From contig JBJHCF010000007.1 of assembly GCA_050506795.1 (NCBI GenBank), positions 1 to 64,000 on the forward strand: a stretch of 64,000 nucleotides of DNA. Reading direction: 5' to 3'. Positions 17,866-27,704 of this stretch are shown here, in pieces. The position numbers were made by a program, and so were the translations under genes. Source of the DNA: Opitutia bacterium. GTDB lineage: Bacteria; Verrucomicrobiota; Verrucomicrobiia; Opitutales; T3Sed10-336. The notes under the pieces are model-generated. The model was not told where the DNA came from and did no database searches. It was given only the letters and a program-made list of their open reading frames with translations. How positions within the stretch are numbered: the stretch's first letter is position 1; each line of letters opens with the position of its first letter.

Positions 17866-18264
17866 TTAACGTTTCGAGAACTGGAAGCGCTTGCGAGCGC
17901 CCGGCTGACCGGACTTCTTGCGTTCCTTCTCGCGGGGATCCCGTTTGAGGTGACCCGCACGCTTGAGCGCGACTCTCAACTCGGGATCGAGCTTGAGGAG
18001 GGCCCGGGCGATACCGTGGGCCACGGCAACCGCCTGGCCGCCGACCCCGCCGCCTGCCACTCGCACCCCCACATCGACTTTGTCCTTAAAGTCAACAGTG
18101 GATAAAGGCTGCAGCGCCTGGCGGGAGAAATGTTCACCATGGAAATAATCCTCCGGCACCCGCCCATTGATCTGAATGTTGCCGGAACCGGGAATGACGC
18201 GAACACGGGCCGAGGCGGTTTTGCGCCGGCCGGTCGCGACAAAGACAGTGTTGGTCTCGCTCAT
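17866..18264 (-). CDS. rpsI: 30S ribosomal protein S9
   Basis: TGRRKTASARV ... ERKKSGQPGARKRFQFSKR. Confidence 0.98.
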   Translation of the reverse strand: MSETNTVFVATGRRKTASARVRVIPGSGNIQINGRVPEDYFHGEHFSRQALQPLSTVDFKDKVDVGVRVAGGGVGGQAVAVAHGIARALLKLDPELRVALKRAGHLKRDPREKERKKSGQPGARKRFQFSKR

Positions 18265-18269
18265 AAGGA

Positions 18270-18701
18270 TTATTTCAGATTGAGGGATTCGGGATTCTGG
18301 GCTTCATGCGGATGGGAGGAGCCACCGTAAACCTTGAGTTTCTTCAACATCCGGCGCGCCAGGCGGTTCTTGGGCAGCATGCCCTTAACCGCGTGCTCGA
18401 TAATAAACTCGGGACGCTGTTCCCGCATCTCGGGCATCGAACGATAGCTCTCACCGCCGACGTATCCGGAGTAGAACATGTACTTTTTCTGCTCCTCCTT
18501 CTTTCCGGTCAGCGCCACTTTATCCGCATTGATCACGACGACAAAATCACCGGTTTCGGTGTGCGGGGTGAAGGTCGGCTTGTTTCTGCCTCGCAGGATG
18601 TTGGCCACCTTGACCGCGAGACGGCCCAGGACGACGCCCGACGCGTCGACCACATACCACTTGGGCTGGATTTCGCCTTGTTTTGCTAGATACGTCTTCA
18701 T
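18270..18701 (-). CDS. rplM: 50S ribosomal protein L13
   Basis: WYVVDA..LGRLA..LRGRNKPTFTPH..GDFVVVINA, AVKGMLPKN, HPHEAQNP. Confidence 0.98.
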   Translation of the reverse strand: MKTYLAKQGEIQPKWYVVDASGVVLGRLAVKVANILRGRNKPTFTPHTETGDFVVVINADKVALTGKKEEQKKYMFYSGYVGGESYRSMPEMREQRPEFIIEHAVKGMLPKNRLARRMLKKLKVYGGSSHPHEAQNPESLNLK

Positions 18702-18717
18702 GAAAGGAAAAAGGATG

Positions 18718-18746
18718 AAAATCACGGGTAAGCGGCGACCTGTCAA
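18718..18746 (-). promoter_or_regulatory. Candidate sigma70 promoter of rplM-rpsI
   Basis: Perfect TTGACA (18746-18741), 17-nt spacer, weak -10 GATTTT. Confidence 0.35.
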
Positions 18747-18827
18747 CACCCCATTTCCATTCAGCGCATTTTCTTGGCGCCTGAAGCGAAACAGCCCCGG
18801 CGTCACCGGTGGCGGACGAAGCGAGGG

Positions 18828-19085
18828 TCAAAGGCCCTTGACGAGTTTCAGCCAGCGCAACGCCAGGTCGGACACCTCGTGCTCCCGTACCCGCACCCGA
18901 CCAGGGGTCTCGAAAAAACCCGCCCCGCTCCAAGGGGATTCCTCCCGAAGCTCCTTCGCTTCGCGGAAAGTCTTGAGCTCGTCAAGATCCCGTTTGGCGT
19001 CGCACAACTGAACATAATCCTCGTAAGGCAGCATGACATACTTCCGCTTCCCCTCTTTTTCTATAATCTGAGCTCGATTGCTCAT
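18828..19085 (-). CDS. Small protein resembling Phd/YefM-like type II antitoxin (orphan)
   Basis: QIIEKEGKRKYVMLPYEDY...DLDELKTFREAK pattern typical of this antitoxin family. Confidence 0.6.
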   Translation of the reverse strand: MSNRAQIIEKEGKRKYVMLPYEDYVQLCDAKRDLDELKTFREAKELREESPWSGAGFFETPGRVRVREHEVSDLALRWLKLVKGL

Positions 19086-19528
19086 ATTCTCATCCTGCCG
19101 GTTTCGGGCTGATACCCGGTGGAAAGGTTAAGGCGTGCGGAAAATACCTCCGAACGAAACACAAAAGCGCAACGTGAGAACCAACGCGACGCGCAAGGTA
19201 AACGATAATACCTCGGAAACGATTGGAATCGCATAAAAAAAAGTGAACAGCGTGAACCTGACTGACCTGCACCCTCAAGTTACATTCAAGCAGCGGGCAA
19301 GCAAGAAAAAAGGGAGGGGCAAAACCAAAAAAACGGCTTTGGAATGCTGTGGAGAAGGCGATCCTACGGGAAACCACTAACCCATTACCGGATCACCTTA
19401 CAGCCTCAAAGGGCTTCCCCGATCCGGTGCTAATAGGCTCCACTAGAATCCCGTGGAGAGGGAATTGGTTCCCTTGGACAACGCCTTTGGGAAGCGGTTC
19501 CGGTCGAACGGGTAAAAGCCCAAGGCCG

Positions 19529-20806
19529 TCACACCCAGCCCCGGACCCGGACCGCTTCGGCCACGCGTGCAACCGCCACCAGGTAGGCGGCCAGCCGCAT
19601 GTGAACCTTCTGCTCCTCGTGCATCCGGTAAACAGAGGAGTAGGCGTTCACCATGTGCGCCTCCAGTTCGCGGTGTACCTTCTCCAGGGGCCAGTAATAA
19701 TTGTAGGTTCCCTGCACCTGCTCGAAATAACTGACCGTCACCCCTCCGGCGTTCGCCAGAAAGTCGGGAATCACATGCACCCCCTTTTCCTCCAGGATCT
19801 CGTCGGCTTCCGGCGTGGTCGGTCCGTTGGCCAGCTCGCAGATCATCCGCGCCCGGATTTCGCCGGCGTTGGCTCCGGTGATCACACTTTCCATGGCCGC
19901 CGGGTAAAGAATATCGACTTCAAGGGCCAGCAATTCCTCGGCGGAGATCTCCCTGACTCCGGCCATTCCGGAAAGGCCCCCGCGACGCCGCTTGTGCTCC
20001 ACCAGTTCCTCCGGGTCGAACCCGTCCGGGTTGTAGAACGCTCCCGAGGTATCCGACACCGCCAGCAGTTTTCCTCCGCCCAACAGTTCGCGATGCAACA
20101 GCGCCGCAAACTGACCCGCATTGCCAAACCCCTGGATGGCGTAACTTCCGGTGGGATCAATGCCGGTGCGCTGACAGGCCTCGCGCACGCACAGCACGCC
20201 GCCGCGAGCGGTGGCGTCTTCGCGTCCGAGCGACCCTCCCACCACCAATGGCTTTCCGGTGATGACCGCCGGATGCGACCGGCCGGTAATCACCTCGTAT
20301 TCGTCCATCATCCAAGCCATGATTCTGGGATTGGTGTACACATCGGGCGCCGGCACATCACGATCTCCCCCCAATTCTCTCGCCATCACCCGCATCCAGC
20401 CTCGTGCCAGACGTTCCTGTTCTCCTTCCGAAAGCTCTTTTGGGTTGCAGGTCACCCCGCCCTTGCCTCCGCCGAGCGGAATTTCCATCACGGATGTCTT
20501 CCAGGTCATCCAGGCGGCGAGTGCCCGCACCGTGTCCAGTGTCTCCTCGGGATGCCAGCGCAATCCGCCCTTGGTCGGCCCACAGGCATCGTTATACTGC
20601 ACCCGGTATCCGTGGAACACACGCGAATCGCCGTTATCCATTTTCACCGGTATGGTGAACTTGTACTCGCGCCGGGGCCAGCGCAGCAGATCCCGCATGG
20701 CAGGCTCCAACTCCAGCATCTCCGCGGCCTGATCAAACTGCCGCTGGGCGATCTTAAAAGGATTCACGGACGACGATTCCGCGGTTGATTCGGCTGAATT
20801 TGACAT
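19529..20806 (-). CDS. gdhA: Glutamate dehydrogenase (Glu/Leu/Phe/Val family)
   Basis: GPTKGGLRWHP, MTWK, GGGKGG, DVPAPDV, TGKP..GGSLGR, QGFGNAG, ANAGGVTVSYFE. Confidence 0.95.
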   Translation of the reverse strand: MSNSAESTAESSSVNPFKIAQRQFDQAAEMLELEPAMRDLLRWPRREYKFTIPVKMDNGDSRVFHGYRVQYNDACGPTKGGLRWHPEETLDTVRALAAWMTWKTSVMEIPLGGGKGGVTCNPKELSEGEQERLARGWMRVMARELGGDRDVPAPDVYTNPRIMAWMMDEYEVITGRSHPAVITGKPLVVGGSLGREDATARGGVLCVREACQRTGIDPTGSYAIQGFGNAGQFAALLHRELLGGGKLLAVSDTSGAFYNPDGFDPEELVEHKRRRGGLSGMAGVREISAEELLALEVDILYPAAMESVITGANAGEIRARMICELANGPTTPEADEILEEKGVHVIPDFLANAGGVTVSYFEQVQGTYNYYWPLEKVHRELEAHMVNAYSSVYRMHEEQKVHMRLAAYLVAVARVAEAVRVRGWV

Positions 20807-20897
20807 AGTACGAAAAGGGTTTTCCGGCTTCCCTCCTTTAATCGAACATTAATTAAACTAATTTTAGTACAACGCTAACCCAAGAAACACTAAATGG

Positions 20898-20930
20898 CAT
20901 GGATTTTCCGCGGCAATGGGAAAATGCATG
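20898..20930. terminator. Hairpin downstream of the dioxygenase gene
   Basis: CATGGATTTTCC / GGAAAATGCATG inverted repeat, one mismatch. Confidence 0.35.
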
Positions 20931-20969
20931 GGCGACCCATTTTTCACTGACTCCGCGTCGGTCCCACGC

Positions 20970-21944
20970 TCACGGAGCCGCCACCAAAGGCTTCAAGCCG
21001 GCCTCAATTTCTTCGCGTCGACCCTCCAAAAACGGAGGCAGGGCCAGGCGCTCTCCCAGGGATTCGGGAGATTCGTCGACAGCAAATCCCGGCTCGTCAG
21101 TGGCCAGCTCAAAAAGGATTCCGTTGGGCTCACGAAAATAAAGGCTCTTAAAATAAAACCGGTCCACGGGTCCGCTGGAGGGGATCATGAAAGCCCGCAA
21201 ACGCTTTTGCCAGGCTTCGTACTCCTCGAGAGTCGGCACCCGGAACGCCACATGGTGAACTCCGCCCGCTCCGGGGTAGGCGGGCGGCACATCCGGCTCG
21301 GCGGCGACATGAACCTCGGCCGCCGGCCCGTCACCTCCCATGCGATAGACGACCACGGGCACTTTCAAAGGTTCGAACCAGTACTCACGTTCCCGGGTCA
21401 TGGCGAGAAGCTCGCGCAACAGCTCGTCGATCCCGCCGGCATCGCGAACGCTGAGCGTTACCGGTCCCAAACCTCGGATCTGGTGTTCCGCCGGAACCGG
21501 GCCGGCCTCCCAGGGCTCCCATTCGGCGGAGTCGGTTTCGTCCGTCACCAGGCTGAGGCGCTGCCCTTCAGGATCCTCAAAATCCAGACATTCCCGGCCG
21601 TCACGCTCGACGATCTCGCCCATTCGGACTGTTTCCGCGGCCAGGCGGCTTCGCCACCACTCCAAGGTTGCTCTTCCGCCCACCCGCAGTCCGGTACGGG
21701 CAATGGAACAGGAACCCCGTCTCTCCGGACGCGCCGGCCAATCAAAAAACGTAAAATCGGTTCCCGGCGTGCCTCGCCCGTCAGCGTAGAACAGATGGTA
21801 CGCGGACACGTCGTCCTGATTGACCGTCTTCTTGACCAGCCGCATGCCGAGAGTGCCGGTGTAAAAGCGATAATTCTCCGAAGCTCGCGCCGTGATGGCA
21901 GTCAGATGGTGAATTCCCGCCAGCCGTAGTTTATGCGGATCCAT
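20970..21944 (-). CDS. Ring-cleaving dioxygenase (VOC/glyoxalase, MhqA/MhqO-like)
   Basis: [55 protein letters not shown]. Confidence 0.93.
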   Translation of the reverse strand: MDPHKLRLAGIHHLTAITARASENYRFYTGTLGMRLVKKTVNQDDVSAYHLFYADGRGTPGTDFTFFDWPARPERRGSCSIARTGLRVGGRATLEWWRSRLAAETVRMGEIVERDGRECLDFEDPEGQRLSLVTDETDSAEWEPWEAGPVPAEHQIRGLGPVTLSVRDAGGIDELLRELLAMTREREYWFEPLKVPVVVYRMGGDGPAAEVHVAAEPDVPPAYPGAGGVHHVAFRVPTLEEYEAWQKRLRAFMIPSSGPVDRFYFKSLYFREPNGILFELATDEPGFAVDESPESLGERLALPPFLEGRREEIEAGLKPLVAAP

Positions 21945-22234
21945 TCAGGAAAAATATAGCTCACTTTCGGCGCCGGTCCAGCCGCAAGTCAAACCGGGGA
22001 CGCGACGCCCGCGATCTCGAAGCGTACGGGAGTGAGATGTGATGCCTGGGCCGAAAATTCAATTCGGTTCGGAGGTTTCATTTTGAGATCTTTCGGCAAG
22101 CGATGCGAATCGTCAGGCGTTGCCAGCCGGTAAAGCTTGCATTAGGTTAGGGGCGAAACAGACTTTTCGCCAATTCTGAACCTTCCTCCGGACTCACTTA
22201 AACACACCGCTCCGCCACGCGACCGAATCCGTAT

Positions 22235-23203
22235 ATGAACCTCAAAATTCATCACCAGATCAGCGATCAAATCCGATCACCCATCATGCTCGCCGGATGG
22301 CCCGGAATGGGTAATGTGGGTTTGGGCGCGGTCAACTACCTGCGGCGCAAACTCAACGCCAGACCGTTCGCCGAACTGGACATGAGTGAATTGTTCGCCC
22401 CCGAGGCGGTGGTGGTAAAAGAAGGCATTGCCGGCTCCTTCTCCGATCTTCCGTCCCACAAATTCTACTACCTGAACGACCCGGAGATCATCATCTCGGA
22501 AAGCGCGGCGCAAATCGGCGGTCCCGGCGGAATGAGCGTGATGAGCAAAATGCTGGACCTGGCCGAGGAATTGCGGGTGCGCGCTATCTATACCGGGGCC
22601 GCTTTCGCGATGCCCACCGGACACCGTGAAAACGTCCGGGTGCTCTGCGCCGCGAACAACACCGCCGTGCGCGACTCGCTGAGCTCACTGGGAGTGGAGT
22701 CGCTGGCGGAAGGTCACATTTCCGGCATGAACGGGCTGCTCCTGGGTTTCGCCGGCCACCGCAACCTGGATGCCGCCTGCCTGCTGGCCACCATGCCGCA
22801 GTACGCGGTCAACATGCCCAATCCCAAATCCTCCCGGGAAATCGTCCGTTTATTCCAGAGCATTCTGGGCGTTTCGCTCGACATGCAAGAGATCAACCGC
22901 GCGGTGGAAACCACCGAGCACACCATGGAGGAGATCGAAAGCCAAATCCGTACGGCCTTTGCCCAAATGGCGCCGGAAGAGGACGCGGGTCAGGAACTCG
23001 GTCAGGTCGAGGAGGAAAAAGTGCCTCAGTACGTGATGCACAAAATCGACCGCCTCTTCTCCGAAGTGCAGCAAACGCATTCACAGGAAAAAGCCGCCGA
23101 ACTAAAAAGCGAATTGGACAAGTGGAATTTGTACCGTTTTTACGAAGACCGGTTTCTCAACCTGTTCCGCAAGAAACCGGAAGACGACGAGGAAGACGTC
23201 TGA
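22235..23203 (+). CDS. PAC2 (proteasome assembly chaperone) family protein
   Basis: AGWPGMGNVG, ISGMNGLLLG, CLLATMP..PNPK; extra C-terminal ELKSELDKW..YEDRFLNLF helical domain. Confidence 0.85.
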   Translation: MNLKIHHQISDQIRSPIMLAGWPGMGNVGLGAVNYLRRKLNARPFAELDMSELFAPEAVVVKEGIAGSFSDLPSHKFYYLNDPEIIISESAAQIGGPGGMSVMSKMLDLAEELRVRAIYTGAAFAMPTGHRENVRVLCAANNTAVRDSLSSLGVESLAEGHISGMNGLLLGFAGHRNLDAACLLATMPQYAVNMPNPKSSREIVRLFQSILGVSLDMQEINRAVETTEHTMEEIESQIRTAFAQMAPEEDAGQELGQVEEEKVPQYVMHKIDRLFSEVQQTHSQEKAAELKSELDKWNLYRFYEDRFLNLFRKKPEDDEEDV

Positions 23204-23242
23204 CGGGTACAAAAAGCATCGCCATCTGCCCGGCGCCGCGGC

Positions 23243-25936
23243 ATGCTGGCGGTTGTCATGGAAGACAAATGGGCATCAACCGGACTTCCCTCGCTCGATG
23301 AGGTTATCACCGGCTTGCGCATCGGAGACAACGTGGTCTGGCAGGTCGACCAGCTGGAACGCTACCGGACCTTCGCCCAGGCGTTCCTGACCCAAGCGGT
23401 ACGCGACGGACGATCCTGCGTCTATTTGCGTTTCGGTTCCCACCCTCCGATCGGTGAGTTCGCGCCTGAAGTGGAAACCCTGGAACTGGATCCCGCCCCG
23501 GGATTCGACGTGTTCAGCGCGCAGGTCCACAACGCCATCGAAGAACGCGGCCGGGGCGTGTTTTACGTGTTCGACAACCTGTCGTCCCTGGTGGGGAGCT
23601 GGGCCACCGACGAATTGCTGGGCAATTTTTTCCAGATCACCTGTCCCTTCCTTTTCGAGATGGACACGATCGCCTACTTTGCCCTCACCCGGCGGCAACA
23701 CGGCGACCGGGCGATCGCGCGGATCCGCGACACCACCCAGGTTTTGATCGACGTCTATCAGACCCGAGACGGACTTTGTCTGCACCCATTAAAGGTGTGG
23801 GGACGCTATTCCCCGCACATGTTCCTGCCCCACCGGCAGGAAGGAAAGTCGTGGGAACCGCTTTTGCAGAGCGGTCCGGCCGCCGTTTTCGCCACCGAAG
23901 GCGGGGCCAATCCGCTGACCGCGGGAAGCCACCTCATGGCCCCCTGGGAAAGCGTCTACCGCAGACTCACAGCGTTGGCCGAAGCCGCGGCCGAACCGAT
24001 TGACGAATCAGAACCGGAAGTCGCCGCGCTCAAAGAGGAATTCGCCTCCATGATGCTGGGCGGACCGCCGGAGATTCTGCGACTGGCCCGCGAATATTTT
24101 ACCCTCCAGGATCTGTTCGCGGTCCGCCGCCGGCTGATCGGTTCCGGCCGGATCGGGGGCAAAGCCGCCGGCATGCTGACCGCGCGCGCCATCCTCAGCC
24201 ACGCCTCCACCGATGCGGAACTGAGTGAAGCCCTGGACCCGCACGACTCCTTTCACATCGGGTCGGATGTGTTCTTTTCATTTCTGGTCGACAACGACCT
24301 CTTCACCACACGGCTGAAGTTCACCCGCCGGCGGCAGCACGACCCGGACGAGTTTGAAGCCGTCCGCAAACGTTTCCTGCAGGGCAAGTTTTCGCCGGAA
24401 ATCGTGGAGCAATTTCGCCGTATGCTCGACCACTACGGGCAGGCGCCGATCATCGCGCGCTCGAGCAGCCTGCTGGAGGACGGCTTCGGCAACGCGTTCG
24501 CCGGAAAGTACCGCAGCGAATTCCTCCCCAATCAGGGCGACCCCGAGGAAAGGCTCCAGGCCTTCCTGAACGCGGTCAAACGGGTCTACGCCAGCGCGCT
24601 CAATCCGGACGCCCTGGATTACCGGCGGCGGCGCGGACTCGATCAGGCCGACGAACAGATGGCGATCCTGGTGCAGCGGGTTTCGGGGGCCGCGTACCGC
24701 CGTTACTTCTTTCCGCCGCTGGCCGGAGTGGCGTTCTCGCGCAACCTTTACGCCTGGAGCGACGTGCTCGACTCACGCCAGGGAGTAATTCGCCTTGTCC
24801 TGGGTATGGGGACCCGAGCCGTCAACCGGGTGGAACAAGATTACCCCCGTTTGATCGCGGTCAGCCATCCCCACCTGCGCCCCGAGGCTTCCGATCGCGT
24901 GGCGCATTATTCCCAGCGGCACATCGACCTGATTGACCTCGACGCCAATGCCTTCGCCACCCGGGAGATCCGCGAGGTGATCGATGCTCGCGATTACCCG
25001 CAGGCGCACCTTGTCCTATCCGAGTGGAAGGAAGGGCACCTCACCGATCCCGTGACCCGCTTCGTTCGCTCGGAACCGCGGAACTGGCAGGTCACCTTCA
25101 ACAAGCTGCTGCGCCAAACCCCCTTCGCCCGCCTGCTGGGAGGAATGCTTTCCCGCCTGGAGGAAGCCTACGGGCATCCGGTGGACACCGAGTTCACCGC
25201 ATGTTTCAACCGCAACGGCTCCCTTTGTATCGATCTCCTGCAGTGCCGCCCCCTGCGCGCCCCCGGGACCGCCGCCCCGATCGAGCTGCCCCAGGTCTCC
25301 GATACGTCTCACCTGCTCTTCCGCGCATCGCGGGTAGTGACCGGCGGCGATATTCGCGGCATCGAGCGCCTCCTTTACGTCGATCCGCAACGCTACGCCC
25401 GCATGGAAGAGCTTGAAGCTAAGAAGGAAATCGCCCGCCTGGTCGGCCGGCTCAATCGCCATCCGGACACCCGCGAGCGCGGGCTCATCCTCATGGGTCC
25501 CGGACGCTGGGGCAGCCGCAACCTCGACCTCGGGGTCAACGTGAGGTACGCCGATATCTCCAAAGCGGCGGTGCTGGTGGAAATCGCCCGCGCCGAATCC
25601 GGCCACGTCCCGGAGGTGTCGCACGGGACCCATTTTTTTCTGGACCTGGTGGAGGAAGCCATCGTTTACCTCCCCGTTTACCCCGACCAGACCTCGTGCG
25701 CCTTCAACGAAGCCTTTTTTCAAGACGCCCCCAACAGTCTTCCGGAACTCCTGCCCGAATACCGGCATCTGGGGGACGTGGTGAAAATCATCGAATCCGC
25801 CCGCCTCCGCCCGGCCGCCACCTTCCGCTGCACCGCCGATCCCCAAACCCAGCAGGCGGTCTGCTTCCTCGAACCCGCCGCGGCGAAATCCGGGGGATCC
25901 GGCCATAAATCCGATTCCCTTCCGTCAGAGATCTAG
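23243..25936 (+). CDS. PEP/pyruvate-binding (PPDK_N) domain protein with N-terminal RecA/KaiC-like domain and C-terminal putative phospho-His domain
   Basis: STGLPSLDEVITGLRIGDNVVW (RecA-like start, no Walker A); IGGKAAG, RSSSLLEDGFGNAFAGKYRS, MAILVQRV, GVAFS, GMGTRAV, PVDTEF, LLQCRP (PPDK_N); GPGRWGS..SHGTHFF tail; alternative start 23258. Confidence 0.88.
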   Translation: MLAVVMEDKWASTGLPSLDEVITGLRIGDNVVWQVDQLERYRTFAQAFLTQAVRDGRSCVYLRFGSHPPIGEFAPEVETLELDPAPGFDVFSAQVHNAIEERGRGVFYVFDNLSSLVGSWATDELLGNFFQITCPFLFEMDTIAYFALTRRQHGDRAIARIRDTTQVLIDVYQTRDGLCLHPLKVWGRYSPHMFLPHRQEGKSWEPLLQSGPAAVFATEGGANPLTAGSHLMAPWESVYRRLTALAEAAAEPIDESEPEVAALKEEFASMMLGGPPEILRLAREYFTLQDLFAVRRRLIGSGRIGGKAAGMLTARAILSHASTDAELSEALDPHDSFHIGSDVFFSFLVDNDLFTTRLKFTRRRQHDPDEFEAVRKRFLQGKFSPEIVEQFRRMLDHYGQAPIIARSSSLLEDGFGNAFAGKYRSEFLPNQGDPEERLQAFLNAVKRVYASALNPDALDYRRRRGLDQADEQMAILVQRVSGAAYRRYFFPPLAGVAFSRNLYAWSDVLDSRQGVIRLVLGMGTRAVNRVEQDYPRLIAVSHPHLRPEASDRVAHYSQRHIDLIDLDANAFATREIREVIDARDYPQAHLVLSEWKEGHLTDPVTRFVRSEPRNWQVTFNKLLRQTPFARLLGGMLSRLEEAYGHPVDTEFTACFNRNGSLCIDLLQCRPLRAPGTAAPIELPQVSDTSHLLFRASRVVTGGDIRGIERLLYVDPQRYARMEELEAKKEIARLVGRLNRHPDTRERGLILMGPGRWGSRNLDLGVNVRYADISKAAVLVEIARAESGHVPEVSHGTHFFLDLVEEAIVYLPVYPDQTSCAFNEAFFQDAPNSLPELLPEYRHLGDVVKIIESARLRPAATFRCTADPQTQQAVCFLEPAAAKSGGSGHKSDSLPSEI

Positions 25937-26161
25937 GGGAATTGATATAGAGAACTCCGGGATAAGCAGTGAAGAACGCAATGCGGATCGTGCATTCTAA
26001 ACGTCAAATTGAAAACCTTTGTTCCTTCGGGCTTGCCAACCGGATCTCGCCGTATAAATCTGTATATATTTATGACACTTTCTGACCGAAGCGGGTTTTT
26101 TCGTGGAAGCGGAAAAACGGTCGACGGCAGAACCAATCCGTAATCACCTCAACCAGATCCT

Positions 26162-27541
26162 ATGAAAAAAGCTAAGAAAAGCATGAACCGGCGGCATTTC
26201 ATCACCCGCATGGCCGGTGCGGGTGCGGCTACGTTGGCCTTTCCCTTTATCGCGCCCAAGAGCTGGGCCGCCAATAACGGTCCCGCGTTGCGGGTGGCCG
26301 TGATCGGGGTCGGAGGAATCGGCGGCCGCCACACGGGAGATATCGAACGCCTCGGGGCGGTCTGCCCCTGTTACGCCGAGGTCGACACCCGGCGCGCCGG
26401 CAACGTCACCAGCCGCTGGCCCAATGCCCGCGGCTTCCAGGACTACCGGAAGATGTTCGACGAAATGAGCTCGGAATTCGACGCCGTCATGATCGGGATC
26501 CCCGACCACCACCATTATCCGGCATCGGTGCTGGCCCTGCAGCACGGCAAACACTGTTTCACCGAAAAGCCGCTCACCCACACCATCGCCGAGGCTCGTC
26601 GCCTGACGGAGTTGGCTTCGGGAAAACAGCTTGCCACCCAGATGGGCAACCACGGTCACGCCAATCTCGGCAATCGCATGACCTACAGCTGGGTCAAGAG
26701 CGGCGCCATCGGCGAAGTGCTGGAAACGCACTGCTGGACGAATCGTCCGGTCTGGCCGCAAGGCATGGATCGGCCGGAAGGCGAGGAACCGGTGCCGGCG
26801 GAGTTGGATTGGGATGTCTGGGTTGGCCCCGCGCCGCTCCGCCCGTTCGTACACGGAGCCGGCGAAGGCTCGAACGGCGTCTACCACGCATTCAACTGGC
26901 GCGGCTGGTGGGATTTCGGAGGCGGCGCCCTCGGCGATATGGCGTGCCATACCATGGACGGCCTTTACTGGACCATTCATCCGCGTCAGCCGGAGTCCAT
27001 TGAAATGGTGAAGACCACGGGCTTCAACGGCGAAGCCTTCCCCTCCCAATCCATCATCCGGCTCAACTTCCCGGCAGCGGAAGGCGCGCCCGCCTTTCCC
27101 CTTTACTGGTACTCGGGCGGACTCAAGCCGGAACGGCCCGCCGAATTGTCGGAGGGCCAGGAGCTTCCCAACACCGGGTTCCTGATCCGGGGAACGAAAG
27201 CCACCATTCTGGCCACCGGCGACTACGGCGAGAGTCCGCGGATTATCCCGGATGATTTGCGCGTCGAAATCGGACGGCCGGAACTGCTGATCGAACCTTC
27301 GCCGGGACATCCCGAGGAATGGTTCATGGCCTGTCGGGGAGAGCGCCCCTGGGATTTCCCGGAATCCCGTTTCAGCTATGCCGGGCCGTTCACCGAAGTC
27401 GTGAACCTGGGCGTGCTGGCACACCAGCTCGAGGAAGGCGAGAAAGCGCACTGGGACAGCGAAAACGCGCGCATTACCGACCGAACCGACCTCAATCGGT
27501 TCGTGGACAAGGAATATCGCGAAGGCTGGGACATCAGTTAA
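26162..27541 (+). CDS. Tat-exported Gfo/Idh/MocA oxidoreductase
   Basis: MNRRHFI twin-arginine signal, IGVGGIG, PDHHH, EKPL, TQMGNHG, GALGDMACH. Confidence 0.93.
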   Translation: MKKAKKSMNRRHFITRMAGAGAATLAFPFIAPKSWAANNGPALRVAVIGVGGIGGRHTGDIERLGAVCPCYAEVDTRRAGNVTSRWPNARGFQDYRKMFDEMSSEFDAVMIGIPDHHHYPASVLALQHGKHCFTEKPLTHTIAEARRLTELASGKQLATQMGNHGHANLGNRMTYSWVKSGAIGEVLETHCWTNRPVWPQGMDRPEGEEPVPAELDWDVWVGPAPLRPFVHGAGEGSNGVYHAFNWRGWWDFGGGALGDMACHTMDGLYWTIHPRQPESIEMVKTTGFNGEAFPSQSIIRLNFPAAEGAPAFPLYWYSGGLKPERPAELSEGQELPNTGFLIRGTKATILATGDYGESPRIIPDDLRVEIGRPELLIEPSPGHPEEWFMACRGERPWDFPESRFSYAGPFTEVVNLGVLAHQLEEGEKAHWDSENARITDRTDLNRFVDKEYREGWDIS

Positions 27542-27704
27542 TCCAGACCGCAACCCTGGCGTCCCGGTGAAAAGATTGCGTTAGACCAAATTTTCACCGG
27601 GAACCATTGAATTCCACGGAGTGCCGGCTTCTCCTCGCGAGACCGGCACTTCCGTTTTACTTCGAGCTTCCGGTCGCGTCCGCGGCCGTCGTTCGGTAAC
27701 GGAG

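Noticed and set aside
19349..20788. 479-aa ORF antisense to gdhA
   Set aside because: Shadow frame with no independent motifs
26144..27553. 469-aa ORF antisense to the Gfo/Idh/MocA gene
   Set aside because: Shadow ORF; the plus strand carries all family motifs
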